Shown piece by piece: positions 57,510-64,000 of a DNA stretch of 64,000 nt. Within the stretch, counting starts at the first letter, position 1; each line of letters starts with the position of its first letter. The translations under genes were made by a program, and so were the position numbers. The stretch lies in contig JAGVXG010000001.1 of the NCBI GenBank assembly GCA_018303885.1, positions 11,746 to 75,745 on the forward strand, given 5' to 3'. Source of the stretch: Candidatus Pacearchaeota archaeon (lineage in GTDB: Archaea > Nanobdellota > Nanobdellia > Pacearchaeales > GW2011-AR1). Below the pieces are notes generated by a model. The model saw nothing but the letters and a program-made list of their open reading frames with translations, was not told where the DNA came from and searched no databases.

Positions 57510-58997
57510 CTAAGTATAACTCGGCATTCCATGCGCTTTTTTGTATGTATCAAAAACCCTGAATGTGATATCTTCTGCATTTTTTGATGCAAGCTTTCTT
57601 ATAATTTCTTTTTCTGCATAATTTTCTGGTTTGATTTTCACTTTTTCTTTTTTCGCTTCGGCTTTTTTTTCAGCGGTTTCTGGGCTTGCTGGTTTTGATT
57701 CATAGCCCCCTATTAAAGCAGTGAATGGGTTTGAATCATCTTCTGATTTCTTGCGCTCTTGTTCGTCTTCTTTTTCTTCTAGGAAAAAATTTATTTCTTC
57801 CTGAAGCTGAGCCATGCTTTCTCCTGTTGAGCCTTCTATCAGCCTTAGAACATCACCGACATCAGAAGCATCGATTTCTTCATTAAGTTTTTTGAGCTCG
57901 TCTTCATTAAGAACATAAGACTTAAAAGACACGTCTGCTCTTCCGCCGAAGACATAATGAGACTGCTGACTCACTCTTTGCGGAATTCCGCGAAATCTGA
58001 AATCCACTAGAACACAGCTGTAATAATTTTTTGTCTTTAGTCTTTCAATTTCTTTTGGAAAATTTCCAGAAAGAACTTCTTCATGCACATCAATTTTTTT
58101 CTTGCCGAGAAGCGTTAATTCCAAGACAATAGTGTTGAATGCCTTGACAAGTGCAGGTTCGCGCCCTCCAGTATCCTTCATTTCAAGCTCTTGGGCAGCT
58201 TTTAAGTAGGGCTTAGCCCAGCGTGCGTATAGCTTCAAAGAATTAACCTGGCTGCTCAAATATGTTTTTTCAAGATTATATCTTTTTCTAAGTTCTCCTT
58301 CAGAATGCGCAAGCCAATCATTAAATTCTAAGACTCTCGCGCGAAGAATACGTTTTACACGGTCATTCAAGTCAACAGAATCCACTTCTTTGAGGTCTTT
58401 AACAAAAAGAAATGCGTCTATTAATGTTTGGAATCCCGCTTGTCCGAGAGCCATGGCTTTTATGCTAGAATTCCCTTTATTTATGTCAACCTTGTCCATC
58501 CACAATTGTTTTAATGCAAGAATTGCAGCTTCTTTTTTTTCTGATTTAAGGGCGTCGTAACTGCTTAAACGAATCCTGAATTCCTTAAGATCATAAATAA
58601 TATTCAATACGCTTCTAAGAACAGCATTGATGTCTGCGAGAATTTTTGACCCCTGCTGCTGCATGGCTGTTGCCCTCTGGCCTAATTCAGCAAAATGTCC
58701 TGAGCCAGGAGAAGAGGAAAAATTGTCCATGAATTTTTCTGTTTGTAAGCCAAGGTCGTTCATTAAATCAAGGATAAAGAAATAAACCGGCTCAAGGGTT
58801 TCCGAAGAGGAATCATAAACAAGCTCGTGCTTTGAAATTGGTTTTTCTTTTATTTCTTCTGAGTTAACTGCGCCTAGAGAACCATATTTCTTCAGCAAAT
58901 CCTTGCTGTTTTCTGCATAAAGCTTAGGATTTACCTTTCCGATTATCTGTGAAATTGTGGCGACCAATGTAAGGAACAAAGGTTCCTTGACAGTCAA
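57510..58997 (-). CDS. Hypothetical protein (start uncertain)
   Basis: 495-codon open frame with no in-frame ATG for the first ~78 codons. Confidence 0.8.
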   Translation of the reverse strand: MTVKEPLFLTLVATISQIIGKVNPKLYAENSKDLLKKYGSLGAVNSEEIKEKPISKHELVYDSSSETLEPVYFFILDLMNDLGLQTEKFMDNFSSSPGSGHFAELGQRATAMQQQGSKILADINAVLRSVLNIIYDLKEFRIRLSSYDALKSEKKEAAILALKQLWMDKVDINKGNSSIKAMALGQAGFQTLIDAFLFVKDLKEVDSVDLNDRVKRILRARVLEFNDWLAHSEGELRKRYNLEKTYLSSQVNSLKLYARWAKPYLKAAQELEMKDTGGREPALVKAFNTIVLELTLLGKKKIDVHEEVLSGNFPKEIERLKTKNYYSCVLVDFRFRGIPQRVSQQSHYVFGGRADVSFKSYVLNEDELKKLNEEIDASDVGDVLRLIEGSTGESMAQLQEEINFFLEEKEDEQERKKSEDDSNPFTALIGGYESKPASPETAEKKAEAKKEKVKIKPENYAEKEIIRKLASKNAEDITFRVFDTYKKAHGMPSYT

Positions 58998-59133
58998 CCT
59001 CCTTTAAGAAGGCAGAGTCAAGTTCCTAATAGACCTCCTTTATTTTCATACCAATTAAATGTATAATGTCTTTAAAAAATGTTTCTTCCCCCAATACAAC
59101 TAAATTTAAAAATAAAGCCACCTTCTAGCTTTT

Positions 59134-59445
59134 ATGGGATTATTTGGTTTCGGAAGCAAGAGGCAGGAAATTGTCGATCTTGCAGAAAGATACCGACAGA
59201 AAAAAGACAGAGAAGCGTCTGAAGGGGAAGCAGAAAAAAACATAAATGAGGCATTTGAAAAACTCGGGCCTGAAGACGAGGCTTCTGACTCGCTTGTTAG
59301 CCCAGAGGAAAAGAAAAAAAGACTGGCAAAAAGAATTCTTGACATAGTAAACAGGCTCGATGATTTATCGAATAAGATATATCACTTGCAGCAAAGGGTT
59401 GAGCTTCTTGAAAGAAAAGCTGATATTGGACGAGCTGAAAGTTAA
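59134..59445 (+). CDS. Hypothetical coiled-coil protein
   Basis: C-terminal heptads RLDDLSNKIYHLQQRVELLERK. Confidence 0.75.
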   Translation: MGLFGFGSKRQEIVDLAERYRQKKDREASEGEAEKNINEAFEKLGPEDEASDSLVSPEEKKKRLAKRILDIVNRLDDLSNKIYHLQQRVELLERKADIGRAES

Positions 59446-59486
59446 CATTGAATAAGATTTATTAATGCTTTCTGCTTTTTTTAGAG

Positions 59487-60707
59487 ATGATTAAAAACCT
59501 GGAAAAAAAGGCGATGGCATACGCGTTGAAAAACGCGATTGCATATGATGGAGTTGCAAGAATGGGCTCTGTGATTTCTGCGCTATTTAATGAAGGGTTA
59601 AAACCAGAAGAAGTAAAAAAGAATTCTAAAAAAATAAGTGATATTATCGCTGAAGTCAACAATCTTTCAAAAGAACAGCAAGAGAAGGAATTTAAGAAAC
59701 TTGAAGAAGTTGTGCATGTCAGAGAAGGCCGGGAAGGCTTACCGGAATTACCGGGAGCGAAGAAAGGAAAAGTTGTCATGAGGCTCGCTCCGTCTGCCTC
59801 GGGGCCAATGCATGCAGGGCATGCATTAACTTTTTCTTTGTCTTTTCTCTTTGTGAAAGAGTACGGCGGAAAATTATACATGAGAATAGAAGACACAAAT
59901 CCTGAGAATATTTATCCAAAAGCATATGAAATGATTAAAGCAGAGAGTGATTGGCTTTTTGATGGAAGTGCTAAGATTCTCATTCAGTCTGACAGGATGA
60001 AGCTTTATTATGGATATGCAGAAAAACTTATCAAAAAAGATGCTGCCTATGTGTGCACTTGCGATTCTGACAAATTTAAGGAATATATAGGCAAAAAAAC
60101 CAATTGCCCATGCAGAAGGTTTGACATTAAAGAAAATCTTGAGCACTGGAAAAAGATGCTTGACAAAGGCAAGGGTTCTTTTGGAGAGGGGGAAGCTGTT
60201 TTGCGGTTTAAGTCAAAGAATAGCATGCAAGACAAAAACCCTGCAATGAGAGATTTCCCTTTGGCTAGAATTAATTTAACAAAGCATGTAAGGCAGGGAA
60301 ATAAATACAGGGTTTGGCCTTTGATGAATCTCGCTGTTACAGTGGATGACATAGATCTTGAAATGACTCATGTAATTCGTGCTAAAGACCATAGAGATAA
60401 TGCAGAAAGACAGAAAAAAATGTACGAAGCTTTAGGAATTGGGAAAAAATTTCCGTGGACTTCTTTTCTTGGAAGAATAAAATTCAAGGATTTTGAGTTA
60501 TCGACGTCAAAAATGAGAAAAGAAATCGAAGAAGGAAAGTACTCTGGTTGGGACGATCCAAGGCTTCCAACACTTGCTTCTTTGAAAAAACAAGGCTACA
60601 AGCCAAGCGCGTTTTGGAAATTTGCAGAGCGCATTGGCTTGTCGGAAAATGATAAAGTACTCGACAGAAAGGAATTTTTTACATTATTAGATGATTTTAA
60701 TAAATGA
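59487..60707 (+). CDS. gltX: Glutamate--tRNA ligase, archaeal type, lacking the C-terminal anticodon-binding domain
   Basis: ALKNA N-domain, RLAPS, HAGH, RIEDTNP, AYVCTC, THVIRAKDH, LSTSK and GWDDPRLPT; ends shortly after. Confidence 0.85.
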   Translation: MIKNLEKKAMAYALKNAIAYDGVARMGSVISALFNEGLKPEEVKKNSKKISDIIAEVNNLSKEQQEKEFKKLEEVVHVREGREGLPELPGAKKGKVVMRLAPSASGPMHAGHALTFSLSFLFVKEYGGKLYMRIEDTNPENIYPKAYEMIKAESDWLFDGSAKILIQSDRMKLYYGYAEKLIKKDAAYVCTCDSDKFKEYIGKKTNCPCRRFDIKENLEHWKKMLDKGKGSFGEGEAVLRFKSKNSMQDKNPAMRDFPLARINLTKHVRQGNKYRVWPLMNLAVTVDDIDLEMTHVIRAKDHRDNAERQKKMYEALGIGKKFPWTSFLGRIKFKDFELSTSKMRKEIEEGKYSGWDDPRLPTLASLKKQGYKPSAFWKFAERIGLSENDKVLDRKEFFTLLDDFNK

Positions 60708-60812
60708 TCCACTAGCTTCACTTGTTTAATAGCTTAGCTGTGCTTAGAGTTTTATAAAAACATTGTTAATATAAAAATAGTATATATAGATGATTTAAGT
60801 TAATAATTAGAT

Positions 60813-60896
60813 ACAACCGGGCCGAAAGGCGAGCAATTTCGCGAGACTAAATTGCTAACTCTCAACGAGTGGGGTTGCGAGTAGAGCAAATACTCG
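60813..60896 (+). ncRNA. Candidate multi-stem ncRNA
   Basis: CAACC/GGTTG encloses GCC-GAAA-GGC, AGCAATTT/AAATTGCT and ACTC/GAGT; then CGAGTA/TACTCG. GNRA loops occur on the + strand. Confidence 0.65.
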
Positions 60897-60952
60897 AACA
60901 TAATAACATTTTTAAAGAGGATTTTATTATATATAATATGGAAAGAGGTAAA

Positions 60953-61393
60953 ATGAACAAAAGAGGACTTGATGCGATTGTGACTACTCTTATAATAATC
61001 CTTTTAGCTATAGTAGCCATAGGAATTATTTGGGTAGTTGTAAGGAATGTTGTTCAGCAAGGATCTGAGCAAATTGACATAAGTTCAAAATGCATTGCTG
61101 TTGACTTAAGAGCAGTTAGCGTTTCTCCTGTTTCAGGACAGGTCGGAAACTACTCTGTTACTCTGAATAGAAGAGCTGGAGGAGATGCAATTGGCGGAGT
61201 TAAAGTATCCTTGTTCAATGATACTGCCAATGGTGGAGTTCGTGATTTTGGTGTTACACTGAATGAGCTTGATACAAAAACACAGACAGTAGTTGGAGTT
61301 ACTGAGGCAAATAAGCTTGAATACACTGCTTACTTTGTAGATGCTTCAGGAAATGAACAGCTTTGCTCACAGACTGGAACATTCACTTTCTAA
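60953..61393 (+). CDS. Archaeal type IV pilin (class III signal peptide)
   Basis: MNKRG|LDAIVTTLIIILLAIVAIGIIW; SD GAGGT. Alternative start at 60938. Confidence 0.85.
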   Translation: MNKRGLDAIVTTLIIILLAIVAIGIIWVVVRNVVQQGSEQIDISSKCIAVDLRAVSVSPVSGQVGNYSVTLNRRAGGDAIGGVKVSLFNDTANGGVRDFGVTLNELDTKTQTVVGVTEANKLEYTAYFVDASGNEQLCSQTGTFTF

Positions 61394-61498
61394 ATTTTTG
61401 TTTTTAATTTTGGGTTTTAATTGGTAGTTGGAGCTTTAGGAATAAATGATTTTAATAGAGAAAGAAACCTTTAAATTACCTTCATTCTTTTAAAGGAG

Positions 61499-61972
61499 AT
61501 GGTTAATTCTCCAGTCTTCAATCCTTACGGAACTCAGACTAAAAAGAGAACATTAGGGCAGAGAGATAAACAGATTCTTTGGAGTCAAGCAAATCATAAG
61601 TGCCAAAATCCTTATTGTCCAAGAAAAGGCAAACATATAGAATTTAACGAAATGCAGATAGGACACAAGACAGCTTTTTCTAGAGGGGGTAATACAACCT
61701 TAAAGAATAGTGTTTGTCTTTGTTACTCTTGTAATAAGCTTCAGGGAACTGATTCTTGGGAGAAGTTTTTAAAGAAACAGGCACAGGCAAAGATACAAGG
61801 AGAACTTAGAAAACCGAGAACTAAAACTCCAAAATCAATATCTAAAACACCAAGAAGTAGACAACCAAGAGTAAAAGAATTCAATCCGTTTGCTGAACCA
61901 AAGTTCAAAGAGCCAAAATGGGATAATGTTAATCTCTTTGGAAAATCAAAGAACCCCTTTGGTAATTTGTAA
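61499..61972 (+). CDS. HNH endonuclease with basic C-terminal tail
   Basis: CQNPYC, GHKTAFSRGG..TLKN and LCYSCN. Confidence 0.88.
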   Translation: MVNSPVFNPYGTQTKKRTLGQRDKQILWSQANHKCQNPYCPRKGKHIEFNEMQIGHKTAFSRGGNTTLKNSVCLCYSCNKLQGTDSWEKFLKKQAQAKIQGELRKPRTKTPKSISKTPRSRQPRVKEFNPFAEPKFKEPKWDNVNLFGKSKNPFGNL

Positions 61973-62015
61973 ATAAGAGAAATAATTAAAAACCCATTTT
62001 CTTTATTAAAATCAT

Positions 62016-62089
62016 GACAGCTAATAGCCGAGGTTATCGGCATAATAGATACTGAATATTTTTCTAGTCGTAGCTGTCTTAATTTTTTT
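62016..62089 (+). ncRNA. Candidate three-way-junction ncRNA
   Basis: GACAGCTA/TAGCTGTC encloses GCCGA-GGTTA-TCGGC and TAGA/TCTA; T7 follows; TATA-like ATTAAAAA upstream. Confidence 0.55.
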
Positions 62090-62140
62090 GATATTTCTGG
62101 TAAGGTTTTTATACAACGTTCCCCAAGTATTTTAAATTAT

Positions 62141-62212
62141 GGCGGTTGTAGTTCAATGGTAGAACGCATGACTGTGGCTCGTGAGACGAGAGTTCGATTC
62201 TCTCCTTCCGCC
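62141..62212 (+). tRNA. tRNA-His(GTG) with encoded G-1
   Basis: G-GCGGTTG/CTTCCGC-C; CATGA-CT-GTG-GC-TCGTG; GAGAG-TTCGATT-CTCTC. Confidence 0.92.
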
Positions 62213-62253
62213 CTTACGACGACCACGCTTGGGCGAAGTCAAGAGAGGTTAAC

Positions 62254-62697
62254 ATGAAAAAAACAAGGATACTATTTGTCTGTAAGCATAACAAATTTAG
62301 AAGCAAGATTGCTGAAATTTATTTTAATATGATAAATAAGAATAAGAATGTCATTGCAGGTAGTGCGGGAATTATTAGAGGGGATTCTCTTATAGAGAAA
62401 CAGGTTTTGTTTGTCGCAAAAGAATTTAACATAAACTTAAAAGGAAAACCAAAGGGATTGAGCATAGGCTTAATAAGAAAACAAAACTTAATTATTATTG
62501 TGGCTGATGATGTTCCAAAAAACATATTTGACAGAAAAGAATACATAAATTTCAAAACAACAAAAATAATCGTGTGGAAAATTCCAGACAATCCAGGAGC
62601 TACTAGCATTATCAAATTGAGACAGATTGTAAAGGCAATAATGAAAAAAGTCGAGCAATTAAATAGAGATTTGGAGGAAAGAAAAAATAGAAAATGA
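62254..62697 (+). CDS. Low-molecular-weight phosphatase/ArsC-like protein
   Basis: ILFVCKHNKFRS (Cx5R), SAG and WKIPD. Confidence 0.8.
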   Translation: MKKTRILFVCKHNKFRSKIAEIYFNMINKNKNVIAGSAGIIRGDSLIEKQVLFVAKEFNINLKGKPKGLSIGLIRKQNLIIIVADDVPKNIFDRKEYINFKTTKIIVWKIPDNPGATSIIKLRQIVKAIMKKVEQLNRDLEERKNRK

Positions 62698-63845
62698 CAG
62701 AACCAGTTAAGGGCTTTAAAGATTATTCTGGGAAAGAAGCCATTAAGAGAGAAGAAATCAGAAAAATCTTAGTTGAAACTTTTGAAAGATATGGCTTTGA
62801 ACCTGTAGAAACGCCAATAGTTGAACAAGAAGAGTTTGTTCGCGGTGAGAATGTTAGTGATGAAGCTGTCTCTGATATTTTTAAGCTACAAGATAAAGGA
62901 AAAAGAAATCTTGCTTTAAGATACGAATTCACATTTCAACTGAAAAGGCTAATGAAAAACAAAAAACTTCCTTACAAAAGATATCAAATAGGCGAAGTTT
63001 TTCGCGATGAGCCAATTTCTGCAAATAGATTCAGACAATTTACTCAATGTGATGTAGATGTTGTTGGCTCTGGCATAAGGAATGAGGCAGAAGTTCTTGC
63101 TCTTACAAATGAAATAATGATAACTTTGGGAATAAAACCGCTAATTTTGATAAATAATCGCGGGTTGTTAAATGAAATTCTTCAAGATTGCAGAGTAAAA
63201 GAAAAAGACAGGCTTCAAGTTTTAAGAGAAATCGATAAGTATGGAAAAATTTCTGATAAGGAAATTAAACAAAACCTTAAAAAATACAAGGCGGAGAAAG
63301 TCCTTGACACTTTAAAACAAGGCGAAGAATATTTCAATAAATTTCAAGGATATAAACAAATTATAGCATTGATTGAATACTGCAAACTTTATGGTGTTAA
63401 AGTAAAATTTTCTCCAACAGTAATACGCGGGCTTTCATATTACAATGAAAATGTGTTTGAAGTAAAGGCAAAAAACAGTGTTGGAATAAGTAAAGATTCA
63501 ATTGTCGCTGGCGGAAGCTATATGTTTAATGGCATTCAATGCACCGGAATCTCTTTTGGCTTAGAGAGAATTTCTACACTTGCAAAACTTGATAATGTTA
63601 ATGAGAAAGAGAAAATTTTAGTTGTTTCCTTAGGACAAGACAAAGAAACGATAGGTTTAGCACAAAAACTAAGAAAAAACAGAAAGGTTGTTTCTTTATT
63701 TTACGGAAAACCGACCAAGGCACTTGAATATGCTAATTCATATGGCTTTCAAAAAGTTATTTTTGTCGGAGAGAAAGAAATCAAGGCAAAAAAGTTTAAG
63801 GTTAAAAACATGAAGACGGGAAAGGAATCGGAACTGAAGATTTGA
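62694..63845 (+). CDS. hisS: Histidine--tRNA ligase
   Basis: KGFKD, ETP, LRYEFT, FRDE...RFRQFTQCD, RGLSYY, GLERI and an anticodon domain. Confidence 0.93.
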   Translation: MTEPVKGFKDYSGKEAIKREEIRKILVETFERYGFEPVETPIVEQEEFVRGENVSDEAVSDIFKLQDKGKRNLALRYEFTFQLKRLMKNKKLPYKRYQIGEVFRDEPISANRFRQFTQCDVDVVGSGIRNEAEVLALTNEIMITLGIKPLILINNRGLLNEILQDCRVKEKDRLQVLREIDKYGKISDKEIKQNLKKYKAEKVLDTLKQGEEYFNKFQGYKQIIALIEYCKLYGVKVKFSPTVIRGLSYYNENVFEVKAKNSVGISKDSIVAGGSYMFNGIQCTGISFGLERISTLAKLDNVNEKEKILVVSLGQDKETIGLAQKLRKNRKVVSLFYGKPTKALEYANSYGFQKVIFVGEKEIKAKKFKVKNMKTGKESELKI

Positions 63846-63891
63846 AGGATAAGTGCATAAATCTTTTAAAGAGAATAAAATATGTTCAGTA

Positions 63892-64000
63892 ATGGCCTTT
63901 GATTTAGCTCAAACATTGGGATGGGTAGCAACAATTCTATTTTCAATTATGATTATTCCACAAATGATTAAAACTTTTAGGACAAAAAATACAGAAGGCG
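63892..64000 (+). CDS. PQ-loop/SemiSWEET family protein, 5' part (partial)
   Basis: MAFDLAQTLGWVATILFSIMIIPQMIKTFRTKNTEG... Confidence 0.8.
   Translation, partial: MAFDLAQTLGWVATILFSIMIIPQMIKTFRTKNTEG

Noticed and set aside
60869-60952. GTG-initiated N-terminal extension of the pilin
   Set aside because: It runs through the structured RNA and the pilin promoter; the class III signal peptide fits a start at 60953 or 60938.
62218-62232. GACGA-CCACGCTTG similarity between the tRNA-His trailer and the 37.1-kb RNA
   Set aside because: Only a 9-nt exact match; could be chance.
262-62932. Many antisense or alternate-frame ORFs in the track (e.g. 262..561, 1165..1716, 8967..9392, 18447..18899, 59462..59896)
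   Set aside because: They overlap well-supported genes and show no motifs; treated as shadow ORFs.

Overview
This is an AT-rich, gene-dense archaeal window, most consistent with a DPANN archaeon of the Pacearchaeota/Woesearchaeota type. The evidence is a thermosome, Dph2, eL33/L35Ae, uL16/L10e, an archaeal pilin, tRNA introns at position 37/38, and TATA boxes about 20-25 nt upstream of many ATGs, suggesting leaderless mRNAs. About 0.2-12.3 kb is a single-strand island of roughly 25 genes for copper/redox homeostasis: CopA, CopZ, ArsR, a cupredoxin, DUF411, a rhodanese fusion and DsbA, plus many Cys/His/Met-rich membrane microproteins. Three tandem proteins in it end in GMVGGC-stop, and two of its promoters share a palindrome at identical spacing. 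The rest is housekeeping genes (dph2, rsmA, trxB/grx, thermosome, serS, rps10, thyX-tmk, rpl35ae, rpl10e, gltX, hisS), six tRNAs (Tyr and Gly with introns) and a tRNA-bounded variable region at about 37-44.4 kb. The strongest candidates for novelty are as follows. (1) A ~75-nt structured RNA with its own promoter and terminator converges on an RNase H-fold (DUF3800-like) gene inside tRNA-Ser-derived direct repeats. (2) Two more intergenic structured RNAs occur, one after an HNH nuclease gene and one after a GluRS that lacks its anticodon-binding domain. (3) The GMVGGC-tail family. (4) A 495-aa gene appears to have its start split by a structured 52-nt segment. No CRISPR array, rRNA, integrase or transposase was seen. 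All family assignments come from reading motifs by eye; no database searches were run.
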